From the NCBI GenBank assembly GCA_965219455.1, contig OZ244744.1, positions 1,088,001-1,152,000 of the forward strand: 64,000 nt of DNA, given 5' to 3'. The notes below the pieces were generated by a model that did no database searches, was not told the DNA's origin, and saw only the letters and a program-made list of their open reading frames with translations. The DNA comes from Candidatus Latescibacterota bacterium (GTDB lineage: Bacteria; Latescibacterota; UBA2968; GCA-2709665). Both the position numbers and the translations under genes were made by a program. The stretch's first letter is position 1; the number at the start of each line of letters is the position of its first letter. Below are positions 30,812-40,818 of the stretch, piece by piece.

Positions 30812-32254
30812 TCAGCGCCGGGATTTCAACCGAAGCGCCAATTCGCGCGTTCTTCGCTTGTATCCTTCCACCCCGTCCTGAGAATACGTCAGGTCCCCTG
30901 CGGGATCGACTTCCCCGGAATCGCTGGCGTGCAGATCCTGCAACCGCCCCTTCACCGCGACCGTATCCATCAGCACGCGCATCAGCGCGCCCAGATGTCT
31001 CTCGTCCCGTCGGGCAAGGTGCAGGGTCGCGTTCGGAATCCCGCGTGCGGAAAAGTCCCGTGCCGTGCCGAGGTACGACGCCGACTGCGCCTGGCTCATC
31101 CGAAGCCCCCCGAACGCGTCAACCTCGCCTCCTGTCTCCGTTCCTTCCGGAATATGCAGATCGCGCCCAAGGTCCTCCCAATGCACGAACAGAACGGCCC
31201 GGTCCGAACGACCGCCGACAATCCCGTTCAGGACGGAATGGTTGCCGGCGGGTCCGATTGCAGGAACGACGTGGAGACCGCCTCCGCGCTCCTGAAGCGA
31301 CTCGTCGTAAAGCTGCTGGAACCAGTCTCCCGGGCGGCGATTGTCCGCGTAATTGTAGAACACCAGCGCCTGCTTCCCGCCGCACCGCTCCTGGAGATGC
31401 AGCCAACGGGCGAGGCGATAGGCGATGTTTCGCCCGTCCTGCCAGGGCAGGCCCCACCGCACGTCCGCCCAACGTGCCCCGTCCAGCATTTCCCGTACGC
31501 GCGTTCCGGGGGACGTCCCCGTGCCGGCTGTCATCGCCAGAAAGAACGTCCCCACGGGCGAAAACGCCGAAAACCTGCCTCCCACACCCTCCGGCACGGG
31601 CAACAGCGCATCGCCGTAGAAGGCCCTCTGCCTGTGCAATTCATAGAGCGCGCTTCGAGCGTCCGGTCCGGTTGTGGCTACAATGTAGCTACGCCAGTCT
31701 TTCGTGCTGAGAGGCGTGTACCGCGACAACCAGTCCCGCACGACCATCAACGCACTGACGGTTTCGCCCGTGCGCCCGGATTTGCTGATCACGTTAAACA
31801 GGCTCCGGTCCAGTATCCCGCGCCGGGTCAGCATGTCCAGCAGAGCCCGCAGCCGGCGGGGATCGAACGTATCCCCCGCGAAGTAGACTTCCGGCGCCTG
31901 GCCCCGTTCATCCGCGGACAGGAGGTTGTGGTACGCGGGATTGAGCACGTCGTGAAAAACCCGTGCGCTCAGGTCGGACCCCCCGATACCGATCGTGACC
32001 AGCGCGCTGAATTCCTCCCGCGCGCGCTTCGCGAGGCCGACCACCTGTCCGAGATCCCCTTCCTGCAGATGGCTGCGCATCCAGGCGCGCCCGTACCGCG
32101 CCAGGGTATCGGCAGGGAGCGACCCCTCCCTCGAAAACAGGTTCTGGATTGCGCACAGGCGTTTGTCGATATCCCGGTTGGCCGACGAACGGTCGGTCCG
32201 CGACCGCGCCTCATCCGCCACCTCCAACCGAATACCGGTCTCACCATCGTTCAT
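30812..32254 (-). CDS. Glucose-6-phosphate isomerase-family protein (divergent)
   Basis: GIGGS, ISKSG.T.ET, VGGRFS, QLYDES, NHS, VEGYK. Confidence 0.8.
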   Translation of the reverse strand: MNDGETGIRLEVADEARSRTDRSSANRDIDKRLCAIQNLFSREGSLPADTLARYGRAWMRSHLQEGDLGQVVGLAKRAREEFSALVTIGIGGSDLSARVFHDVLNPAYHNLLSADERGQAPEVYFAGDTFDPRRLRALLDMLTRRGILDRSLFNVISKSGRTGETVSALMVVRDWLSRYTPLSTKDWRSYIVATTGPDARSALYELHRQRAFYGDALLPVPEGVGGRFSAFSPVGTFFLAMTAGTGTSPGTRVREMLDGARWADVRWGLPWQDGRNIAYRLARWLHLQERCGGKQALVFYNYADNRRPGDWFQQLYDESLQERGGGLHVVPAIGPAGNHSVLNGIVGGRSDRAVLFVHWEDLGRDLHIPEGTETGGEVDAFGGLRMSQAQSASYLGTARDFSARGIPNATLHLARRDERHLGALMRVLMDTVAVKGRLQDLHASDSGEVDPAGDLTYSQDGVEGYKRRTRELALRLKSRR

Positions 32255-32475
32255 TCATCCTCCCGATCACCTTTGTATCTGACCATTGCCCGGCAATTCC
32301 CATCATACCGTCAAAACCACGTGCGCGAACGATTGCGCTTGACAATGCCCCTGATTTTGGCATGAATACCCATTCGCGAATCCCAGCGTCGGCCCACGGC
32401 GACTGCCCGGATTCGCAGAACCTCGATCCCGGAAATCCGGGACATTCATTACCAATTAACGGGGAACTCGAAACC

Positions 32476-33540
32476 ATGCCACTAAAAGCGGGCGTGTGCG
32501 GCATCGGATCCTTCTACTCGAACGCTTTTGCCCGGTCCGCGAAACGGAACCCCGATATCGAGCTGGCGGCGTACGCGCATCTGGATCAGAGCGACGAAAC
32601 GCTCGGCAGACTCGGCATGAAGTCCAGGGTGGCATTCGGCGCCCAATACGGCATCCCGGCGTATTCCACGGTGCAGGAAATGATTCACGCCGAGTCCCTC
32701 GACCTTGTCTTCGTCACCTGCCGGGACAACCTGAAACCGCAGCAGGCAGCCAGCGCGATGGATGCCGGCGCCCACGCCTTTATCAGCAAACCCATGTGTA
32801 TGACCCTGGCGGGAGCAGACGCCATGATCGCCGCGTCCCGCCGCAACAACGTCTTGCTGTCCGCCCTGCTGCCGGGACGGGAAGACGGCGCCATCCGCGC
32901 GATGGGAACACGGGTACGGGACGGGGCCGTCGGACGCGTCATTTCTTCAAGAGCATGGATTCAACACGGTTGTTTCGGCCCCGGAACGGTCTTCGACGGC
33001 AGCGGTGAATTCGGCCCCGGACAGGGTGGCATCGGGCTTTCACTGGGCGTCTACGCCGCGGATCTGCTGCTCTGGCTCATCGATTCACCGGCGGTCCGCG
33101 CCTATGCCGAATACGACAATCTGGCCACGCCGCACAGCATCTGGATGGATACCGGCAAGGGCACCGTCCGGTTCGAAGACGGCCGCATGGGTTCCATGGA
33201 CATCATCTTCAACGTCAGCTGCGGCGCCCCGGCCTGGGAGATGGAAGTGGTGGGCACCGACGGTATCGCCCGCGCGCATCTGGATGTCATGGAAGGCATC
33301 ATCTGGCACAAAGACGACAGCGGCGCTCCCCGCGTGTTCTACCGCGCACAGAACGACACCATCGACGCCGCCGTGGAACGCTTTGTCCGCGCCGTCCGGG
33401 ACGGCCATCCGCTGGACGTGACCCCGGAACACGCACGAAACGTGCTGGAACTCTGCCTGGCCTGGAATCGCGCCGCCGCGGAACACCGCGCTGTCGACCT
33501 GCCGTTGCCGGAAGGCGGCCGGGAAAAACGCTACTTTTGA
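32476..33540 (+). CDS. Gfo/Idh/MocA-family oxidoreductase
   Basis: AGVCGIG Rossmann start, HAFISKPM, typical C-terminal domain. Confidence 0.85.
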   Translation: MPLKAGVCGIGSFYSNAFARSAKRNPDIELAAYAHLDQSDETLGRLGMKSRVAFGAQYGIPAYSTVQEMIHAESLDLVFVTCRDNLKPQQAASAMDAGAHAFISKPMCMTLAGADAMIAASRRNNVLLSALLPGREDGAIRAMGTRVRDGAVGRVISSRAWIQHGCFGPGTVFDGSGEFGPGQGGIGLSLGVYAADLLLWLIDSPAVRAYAEYDNLATPHSIWMDTGKGTVRFEDGRMGSMDIIFNVSCGAPAWEMEVVGTDGIARAHLDVMEGIIWHKDDSGAPRVFYRAQNDTIDAAVERFVRAVRDGHPLDVTPEHARNVLELCLAWNRAAAEHRAVDLPLPEGGREKRYF

Positions 33541-33621
33541 GGCCCCGCCTCGTTATTGCTTCAAAGAATTCCCGCGGGGACCGCATCCTGCCGGACAACA
33601 CGTTACGCGAGAGGAGTCGAT

Positions 33622-34545
33622 ATGTTAATCGCCACCCGAGACACCATATATGCCCTGAACGGCAAACACACCCCACCGAAACCCGTCTTTGAAGGCGGCA
33701 ACGTCCAGGCGGTTGCGAAAGGGCGGTCCATCGGCCTGGCGGCACTGAAAGACGGGGAGGTCGCCGTCCTGTCGAAAAACGGCTCGCGGACCCTCGGCAC
33801 CGGCATTGAAGATCCCATAGAGTGCCTTCTCATCCTGGAAGAAGAGCCAGTGAGCTTCCTTGTGGGCGTGGAGGCCCCGCACGTCTACGCCGTCACGGAC
33901 GACGGGACCGAACGCCTGGCCTCCTTCGACGGGCTCGAATGCCGCCGGGATTGGTACACTCCCTGGGGAGGCCCCGCGGCCGTCCGAAGCATGGCCCGCA
34001 CCCGGGACGGCTGGGTCTATGCCGACATTCACGTGGGCAGCATTATGAGGTCTCCGGACCAGGGCCGCACATGGGAACCCGTCACCCCGGACCTGCACCA
34101 GGACGTTCACCAGGTGGCCACCTCGCCCCGGGAAGACGACCGGGTTTACGCGAATACGGCCCGTGCCGTGTATCTCAGCCACGACCGGGGGAGATCCTGG
34201 CAGCACCGCCCCGAGGGCTTTCCCTATTCTTACGGCCGGGCTATTGCCGTACACCCGGAAGAACCGGATTGCCTTCTTGCCACGGTCAGCACCGGGCCGC
34301 ACGGAGACGCCCAGGGACAACTCTACCGGACCGACAACGCGGGCGTCGACTGGTCGCACGTCACAGACGGATTCCCCGAAACCACAACGGGCAACATCGA
34401 TACCTTCCACATTGCCTTCACGCCCGACGGCCACGCTTGGGCGGTCGTGGACGCCACCCTTTACGGCAGCCAGGATCGGGGCCTCACCTGGACGTCCGCG
34501 TGGAACGCGCCCGCTGATATCCGGGCGATTGCAGTGCAGCAGTAG
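33622..34545 (+). CDS. BNR/Asp-box beta-propeller protein
   Basis: Repeated SPDQGRTW, SHDRGRSW, TDNAGVDW, SQDRGLTW; GAGGAG RBS. Confidence 0.8.
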   Translation: MLIATRDTIYALNGKHTPPKPVFEGGNVQAVAKGRSIGLAALKDGEVAVLSKNGSRTLGTGIEDPIECLLILEEEPVSFLVGVEAPHVYAVTDDGTERLASFDGLECRRDWYTPWGGPAAVRSMARTRDGWVYADIHVGSIMRSPDQGRTWEPVTPDLHQDVHQVATSPREDDRVYANTARAVYLSHDRGRSWQHRPEGFPYSYGRAIAVHPEEPDCLLATVSTGPHGDAQGQLYRTDNAGVDWSHVTDGFPETTTGNIDTFHIAFTPDGHAWAVVDATLYGSQDRGLTWTSAWNAPADIRAIAVQQ

Positions 34546-34639
34546 CGAAATCGCTGAAACCGGGCGTTTCGCCGGAAGGCCCCGGCTGATTCCGCCGATC
34601 GCCCCGCCACCCACTCGCACCTTCCGTAGAGGAGTATCC

Positions 34640-35572
34640 ATGGCTCACCATCGCTTCGTCCCGGAAACCTTCCACACCGCCATTGGCGCGCACGACCCGG
34701 TGCTGCACGTCGCCAGCGGCGACACCATCACAACAACCACCGTGGACGCAGGCGGAAGTGACGCCACGGGCCAACCGGTCACTCCCGGCGGCAACCCCCA
34801 GACGGGACCCTTCTACCTCGAGGGCGCGGAACCGGGCGACACACTGGCCGTCACCTTCGACAGACTGGCGCCCAACCGCAACGTCGGGTACACGTCGGGC
34901 GTAGTCGCCGCCAACGTGCTGGATTTCGGGTACACGCCCGAATTCAAGGACGACCGGAACCGGCTGGATTGGGAAATCGACTTCGAAAACAACACCGCCA
35001 CCCCCATCGGCTTCGAAGACCTTCCCATCGGCAGGCTCCGGATCCCGCTGAAACCGATGGTGGGCTGCTTCGGCGTGGCGCCGCCCCGGGGCCAGGCCAT
35101 CTCCACCGCCACGTCCGATACCCACGGCGGCAACATGGACTACCGGGAATTCGTCCAGGGCGTAACCGTGTACTTCCCCGTTTTCGTCGAAGGCGGGCTG
35201 TTCCATATCGGCGACGGCCACGCCGTGCAGGGCGACGGCGAAATCGTCGGCACCGGGATCGAAATTTCCTTCGATGTCACCTTCACCCTGCGCCTCTTCA
35301 AGGGCAAGACCATCCAATGGCCCCGGGCGATCAACGAAACCCACGTGATGGCCGTTGGCAACGCCCGCCCGCTGGACCAGGCAACGCAACACGCCACCAC
35401 CGAGTTGATTCGATTTCTCCAGGAGGACTACGGCCTGGACGCCCGATCCATCCACGTCCTCATGGGCCAGGCCGTGGAATACAACGTGGGCAACGTCTAC
35501 GATCCCGCGTACACGATGGTCTGCAAAATGCCCATGAAAATCCTGGAGAGCATCGGCGCAAGCAGGCAATAA
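34640..35572 (+). CDS. Acetamidase/formamidase-family protein
   Basis: NPQTGPFY.EGAEPGD, HGGNMD, GDGHAVQGDGE..GTGIE. Confidence 0.92.
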   Translation: MAHHRFVPETFHTAIGAHDPVLHVASGDTITTTTVDAGGSDATGQPVTPGGNPQTGPFYLEGAEPGDTLAVTFDRLAPNRNVGYTSGVVAANVLDFGYTPEFKDDRNRLDWEIDFENNTATPIGFEDLPIGRLRIPLKPMVGCFGVAPPRGQAISTATSDTHGGNMDYREFVQGVTVYFPVFVEGGLFHIGDGHAVQGDGEIVGTGIEISFDVTFTLRLFKGKTIQWPRAINETHVMAVGNARPLDQATQHATTELIRFLQEDYGLDARSIHVLMGQAVEYNVGNVYDPAYTMVCKMPMKILESIGASRQ

Positions 35573-35766
35573 CCGAAAACCCGGGGGTAATCCGGCCCGG
35601 TGGAAGACCCCGGAACCTTTGCCCCGGGACCCATCGGTGCAGACCCTCGACGCCTGCTGCCAACGAGATGGGGGCGGCGGTTATCCGGCGCCCGGAGCCA
35701 CAGAAGAACGTGGAGATTCCGCGTTTATCCTGTTCTGCCTTTCGCCAACCCCCGATCCCAGCGAAT

Positions 35767-37134
35767 ATGTCCCCTGACGACAAGGCCCGTCTCAAAGACC
35801 TGGACCGGCGCCTGGTTTGGCACCCGTTCACCCAGATGCGCACGTACGCGCGTGAGGACCCCATTGTCATCGCGCGCGCCGACGGCGTCTACCTGGAGGA
35901 CATCGACGGAAACCGGTACCTCGACGGTTACTCCTCCATGTGGTGCAACGTGCACGGTCACCGCGTGGAGGACATCGACGCCGCCATACGCGGGCAACTG
36001 GACCAGGTCGCACACAGCACGCTACTGGGTCTTTCCAACGTACCGGCGATCCGGCTGGCCGAAAAGCTCGTGCAAATCACGCCGCCGGGACTGAACCGCG
36101 TGTTCTACTCGGACACCGGCGCCTGCGCCGTCGAAATCGCCCTTAAAATCGCCTTCCAGTACTGGCGACAGAAACCGGATCCGAAACCGGGGAAAACCAG
36201 CTTTCTCAGCCTGGCGCAGAGCTATCACGGCGACACCATCGGCGCCATGAGCGTCGGCAATATCGATTGCTTCCACAAGACCTACGGGCCGCTCCTCTTC
36301 CCGTCGCTGAACGCGCCGGCGCCCCATCCGTATCGCTGTACGTTCTGCGCCCGCGAAAAGGCGTGCAACCAGGGCTGTCTGCGTGCGGTCGATGGTATCC
36401 TGAGACGAGAGGCGCACCGCATCGCCGCCTTCATTGTTGAACCGCTCATCCAGGGCGCGGGCGGGATGCTGGTTCATCCGGAAGGCTATCTGAAGGGAAT
36501 CGCCGACCTCTGCAGGGCGCACGACGTCCTGCTCATCGCCGATGAAATCGCCACCGGCTTCGGCCGCACCGGCGCCATGTTCGCCTGCGAGAAAGAAAGC
36601 GTCGCGCCGGACATACTCTGCCTGGGCAAGGGCATCACGGGCGGATACCTGCCCGTGGCCGCCACGTTGACCACCAGTGAGATCTTCGACGCCTTTCTGG
36701 GCGAAGACAGCGAAGGCCGGACGTTTTTTCACGGCCACACGTATACAGGCAACCCGCTCGGCTGCGCGGCGGCCCTGGCAACCATCGAGCGCTTCGAAAG
36801 CCACAAGGTACTGGCGTCTCTGCGCCTGAAAATCGAACTTCTCGCGCGCGGACTCCCCCGCTTCAGGACCCTCGCCCACGCGGGCGACGTACGCCAGTGC
36901 GGCTTCATCGCCGGCATCGAACTGGTTGCCGACAGATCCGTCGGCCGACCGTATCCCCCCACGGACAGGATCGGCGTCCGCGTCTGCGGCGAGGCCCGAA
37001 AACGGGGTCTTCTCATCCGGCCGCTGGGCGACACTATCGTCCTTATGCCGCCCCTTGCCATTTCCGACCACGATCTCGAAAAGTTACTGGAAATCGTCCA
37101 CGCGTCCATCATCGCCGTGACGGGCCCGGCCTGA
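35767..37134 (+). CDS. bioA: Adenosylmethionine-8-amino-7-oxononanoate transaminase
   Basis: [50 protein letters not shown]; adjacent to bioD. Confidence 0.95.
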   Translation: MSPDDKARLKDLDRRLVWHPFTQMRTYAREDPIVIARADGVYLEDIDGNRYLDGYSSMWCNVHGHRVEDIDAAIRGQLDQVAHSTLLGLSNVPAIRLAEKLVQITPPGLNRVFYSDTGACAVEIALKIAFQYWRQKPDPKPGKTSFLSLAQSYHGDTIGAMSVGNIDCFHKTYGPLLFPSLNAPAPHPYRCTFCAREKACNQGCLRAVDGILRREAHRIAAFIVEPLIQGAGGMLVHPEGYLKGIADLCRAHDVLLIADEIATGFGRTGAMFACEKESVAPDILCLGKGITGGYLPVAATLTTSEIFDAFLGEDSEGRTFFHGHTYTGNPLGCAAALATIERFESHKVLASLRLKIELLARGLPRFRTLAHAGDVRQCGFIAGIELVADRSVGRPYPPTDRIGVRVCGEARKRGLLIRPLGDTIVLMPPLAISDHDLEKLLEIVHASIIAVTGPA

Positions 37135-37271
37135 CCCCGGCCCGCGCCGTGGTCGCTGCCGCCGGACGCCCACGCGGAAACACCAGATCAAAAGCCGCCA
37201 GACGGCGGCCTGACGGTGAAATCTTGACGCAGTTGAGTGGACTCGTACACGCCACCGGGGCCAATACGACC

Positions 37272-37961
37272 ATGCGATCCAGGGGCGTCTTCGTCACCGC
37301 CACCGACACGGGCGCGGGCAAAACCGCCGTGACCGCCGGGATCGCCGCCGTTCTACGCAGACGCGGCGTCGACGTGGGCGTATTCAAGCCCGTCTCCTCG
37401 GGCGGCGCGGCCGACGCGCGACTCCTGGCAAAAGCCGCGGGCGTCACCCACGCTCTCGAACTCGTCAATCCTGTTCGCCTCGCCGCGCCGCTCTCGCCGA
37501 ACGTGGCCGCCGAAATGGAAGGCCGCCAGGTCCCACTGGAACCCATTCTGGATGCCTATCGCCGCCTGGCAGGCCTTCACGACACCGTTCTCGTGGAGGG
37601 CGTGGGCGGCCTGCTGGTTCCGATTCGGGACGATCTCCTGGTCGCGGACCTCGCCGTCCGTCTGAACCTGCCGCTTCTGGTGGTCGCCCGCGCCGCTCTG
37701 GGCACCATCAATCACACCCTGCTGACGCTCGAGGCCGCGACAAGGCGCAATCTTGAAATCAAGGGCGTCGTCTACAACACGACCACACCCGGAGACCCGA
37801 GGGCAGCCCGCACCAGCCCGGACGTGATCGCCCGCCTCTCCGGGGTCCGCTCCATGGGCATCCTGCCCTACGATTCGGGCGTGGACGTAGACGCCGGTAA
37901 CCTGGGACGCATGCCCGAGTTGATTGAACAACACCTGGACGTGGATGGACTCTTTTCCTGA
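37272..37961 (+). CDS. bioD: Dethiobiotin synthase
   Basis: TDTGAGKT, FKPVSSG, VEGVGGLLVP, LGTINH. Confidence 0.95.
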   Translation: MRSRGVFVTATDTGAGKTAVTAGIAAVLRRRGVDVGVFKPVSSGGAADARLLAKAAGVTHALELVNPVRLAAPLSPNVAAEMEGRQVPLEPILDAYRRLAGLHDTVLVEGVGGLLVPIRDDLLVADLAVRLNLPLLVVARAALGTINHTLLTLEAATRRNLEIKGVVYNTTTPGDPRAARTSPDVIARLSGVRSMGILPYDSGVDVDAGNLGRMPELIEQHLDVDGLFS

Positions 37962-37994
37962 ATCCTGCCCCGCGCTTCCGCCCGCAACCCGCCG

Positions 37995-38801
37995 TTACCT
38001 CTTATCCTGCTTCGCCACCCCGCGCGTTACCAGGTATTCGACGATCTTCGGATTGATCAGATGCAGCCAGGGCAGAAATCTCAACTTGAACGGAATAATC
38101 AACTCCCGTTTCCTTTTCTTCATGGCTTTGATGATGGCCTCGCTCGCGTCCTCCAGCGAAATCGACTGCCTGCTGTGCTTTCGGCTGGACGTGCCCAGGG
38201 AGCCGCCGTCCTTTCCGAAGGCCGCCTTGCGCAAATTGGTCCCGCGCAGCCAGTGGGGCAGCACCGTAAGCACGTCCACGCCAGTGTCGAGCAACTCCGT
38301 CCGTAACGACTCGAAGAATCCCTGCACGGCGTGCTTGGACGCCACGTATCCCGTATGCAGGGGTACGCCGATCTTGCCCTGGATGGAAGAAATCGCCACC
38401 ACCATCCCGTCGCGCGCCTTCAGATGGGGTAGCGCGTAATACACGCAATGCACAATACCCAGATAGTTCGTTTCCATCAATCTGCGGAAAATCGCCAGAT
38501 CCTCCACCTCGTCAAACCGAGCCCACATGCTGATCCCGGCGCAGGCAACCAGGTAGTCCACGGCCCCGAACTCGGACACCGCCGCGTCGATCCAACCCTC
38601 GCAGTCCTCGGGTCTTCCTACGTCGCCCATGGCCGTAATCACGCGGCTGCCCCGCTCACGGCACGCTTCCGCCGTCTCCCGGACACCCTCGTCGAGGGCG
38701 AACAGCGCAAGGTCCGCTCCCTCGTCCGCGAATGCCAGCGCCAGCGTGGCGCCCAGGCCCGACGACGCACCGGTTATGGCGACGATCTTTCCACCAAACA
38801 T
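37995..38801 (-). CDS. SDR oxidoreductase (DHRS7/DHRS7B-like; candidate acyl/alkyl-DHAP reductase)
   Basis: TGASSGLG, METNYLG, ISSIQGKIGVP..TGYVASKHAVQGFFESLRTE. The specific role is inferred from context. Confidence 0.8.
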   Translation of the reverse strand: MFGGKIVAITGASSGLGATLALAFADEGADLALFALDEGVRETAEACRERGSRVITAMGDVGRPEDCEGWIDAAVSEFGAVDYLVACAGISMWARFDEVEDLAIFRRLMETNYLGIVHCVYYALPHLKARDGMVVAISSIQGKIGVPLHTGYVASKHAVQGFFESLRTELLDTGVDVLTVLPHWLRGTNLRKAAFGKDGGSLGTSSRKHSRQSISLEDASEAIIKAMKKRKRELIIPFKLRFLPWLHLINPKIVEYLVTRGVAKQDKR

Positions 38802-38836
38802 AGGCCACCTTTTGTACAATTAGACGGCGTCGATGG

Positions 38837-38862
38837 TGGGGCGACGCATACGTCGCCCCTGC
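38837..38862. repeat. REP-like palindrome
   Basis: GGGGCGACG-CATA-CGTCGCCCC between the AGPS and SDR genes. Confidence 0.7.
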
Positions 38863-38880
38863 GCCGCAAGTACAATGTCC

Positions 38881-40728
38881 TCAGTCAGTCCCCCCGAAAA
38901 CCCCATTCCGGACCCCGAAGATGTTCTTCGGATCCATGGCGTTCTTGGCCTGGCGCATGACCTGGATGCTGTTATCGGTCTGGATCTGGGTCAGAAATTC
39001 CCGCCTCACCTTGCCAACGCCATGGTGGTGCGACAACGACCCCCCGTTGTCCAGGATCACCTGGCGCAGCCGGTGTTCGATCGCGTGAAACGTCCGGCCG
39101 GGCTGTTCCAGGCCCTTGGCGTAGATGCCCATGGTAAAATAGATGCAGACTCCGGTATGATAGGTCTGCGTCACCCTGTACGAGAGATAGGGCTTCCCCG
39201 GTACGCCGTGCCGGCCGGCCTGGGCGACCAGTTCGCCGGATACCGCATCGCACACCTGGTGGATCCGGTCCCAGGGAACCGACGTCTCAAAGGTTTCGCC
39301 CAAGATGCCGTACTGATTCAGGAAGTCTCGAATATAGGCGATGCCGAACGTGAGTGAGTATCCCCGCCTGCCGTTGCTCGCGCCCGCGCTCCTGGCGCCG
39401 TACTTTTTCGCCAGGCTGAAGATCGTACGTTCCTGCTGACGCACTTCGGCGTGCGCGCCCTCCATAACGATGGTACATGCCGCCATCTTCATCGGATCGA
39501 AACCCAGGACCTTCAACAGAACGAACTTCTGAATCCGTTCTTTGACCCCTTTCAGGAACGTCGGCTCCGGCTTCAGGGCCTGACCGAAACGGAATTCGTT
39601 GTTGTTGACCAGGCGGATGCTCGCGGGCAGCATGCCTGTCTGCCGGAGCGCTTTCAAATAGGCAACACCCTTCTCGAAGGCCGGAAAGACAAGCGCCCCG
39701 TACTTGCGCGCCTCGGAGATCGGATGGATCTTCATCACGGCCGTAGTGATTATGCCGAAATTGCCCTCGCTCCCGAACAGCAATCCCCTCGGCTGAACGC
39801 CCGTCGAGTTCCTGGGCGTCACCCGGCGGGTCGCGATTTCCCCGGTGGGCGTCACCAGCGTCGCCTCGAGCACGATGTCTTCGATATTGCCGTATCGGTT
39901 CTTCTTCATCCCGCTCGCGTTTGTCGAAATCCACCCGCCCATCGTGGACAGTTCCACGCTATCCGGGTCGTGACCCGACGTATACCCCCTATCCCCCAGT
40001 ACCTGCTCCAGCCCCTTTCCCGAAATACCCGCCTCGACGCAGGCCTGCAGATTGGCCTCGTCAATCCACAGCACCCGGTTCATCCGACGCATATCCACGG
40101 ACACGATCGTGCGCCGCTCGTCGGCCGGACACGCCAGCGCCCCGCTCACGTTGGTCCCCCCGCCATAGGGCACCAGGCAGACGTCATGCTCGTTGGCCAA
40201 TTCGATCATGGCCTTGACGTCGGCTTCCTCTTCCGGATAGAACACCAGATCGACCAGCCGCGGAAGTGAATCTCCATACATCACGCGATACACTTCTTCA
40301 ACACTCAGTTGTCCGTGGCTGTGCACCAGCCTGGCTTTGGGATCGAACGAAACCTGCCCGTCTCTGAACCGTTCGTTCACCGCGTTCCCGAAAGCTGCTT
40401 CCACGTTCGGCTCAGGCTCTCCGATATCCTCGCGTTCTGCGTACGAGTCTTCCCTTCGTATCGTAATGCCCAGCACGTCCTCCACAAAGTCGACCAGAAA
40501 CGGCATCCGGTATCCCGAAATCGGGTACCTGTTCCCGGTTACCCTCAACGTCCGGTCGTCTACGAACTCGAACCGCGTATCCGTATATCCCCACTTGTGG
40601 GGGAATCGTTCCCCTTCCGAATGATCGAAAAAAGCGTCCGGTTCGTTTCCGGAACGCCTGCGTTTCGCCAGAAACACAATCGCAAGAACAACCGCTGCGG
40701 CAACCGCTGCTATTCCCCACTCTGTCAT
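38881..40728 (-). CDS. Alkyl-dihydroxyacetone-phosphate synthase (AGPS/ADPS), FAD-linked
   Basis: HSHGQ, PYGGGTNVS, GHDPDS.ELST.GGWIST.ASGMKKN.YGNIED, GSEGNFG, ETFETSVPWD, RVTQTY..G.CIYF, SHHHGVGK are all typical of eukaryotic AGPS. N-terminal TM anchor. Confidence 0.92.
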   Translation of the reverse strand: MTEWGIAAVAAAVVLAIVFLAKRRRSGNEPDAFFDHSEGERFPHKWGYTDTRFEFVDDRTLRVTGNRYPISGYRMPFLVDFVEDVLGITIRREDSYAEREDIGEPEPNVEAAFGNAVNERFRDGQVSFDPKARLVHSHGQLSVEEVYRVMYGDSLPRLVDLVFYPEEEADVKAMIELANEHDVCLVPYGGGTNVSGALACPADERRTIVSVDMRRMNRVLWIDEANLQACVEAGISGKGLEQVLGDRGYTSGHDPDSVELSTMGGWISTNASGMKKNRYGNIEDIVLEATLVTPTGEIATRRVTPRNSTGVQPRGLLFGSEGNFGIITTAVMKIHPISEARKYGALVFPAFEKGVAYLKALRQTGMLPASIRLVNNNEFRFGQALKPEPTFLKGVKERIQKFVLLKVLGFDPMKMAACTIVMEGAHAEVRQQERTIFSLAKKYGARSAGASNGRRGYSLTFGIAYIRDFLNQYGILGETFETSVPWDRIHQVCDAVSGELVAQAGRHGVPGKPYLSYRVTQTYHTGVCIYFTMGIYAKGLEQPGRTFHAIEHRLRQVILDNGGSLSHHHGVGKVRREFLTQIQTDNSIQVMRQAKNAMDPKNIFGVRNGVFGGTD

Positions 40729-40818
40729 TACGCACTCCCGATTAACACAACCGGACGGGCCCGGCGAATACGGCCGGGCAACCCTTAAGGATGACCCCGG
40801 ACGTCCCGGCCCGGATTC

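Noticed and set aside
22799-32365. Long + strand ORFs (22799..24244, 25647..27563, 28453..30072, 30929..32365)
   Set aside because: Antisense shadows of well-supported minus-strand genes, as expected in high-GC DNA; no motifs.
34163-37271. Apparent N-terminal extensions of amidase, bioA and bioD in the ORF track
   Set aside because: The extensions overlap upstream genes in other frames; family similarity begins at 34640, 35767 and 37272.
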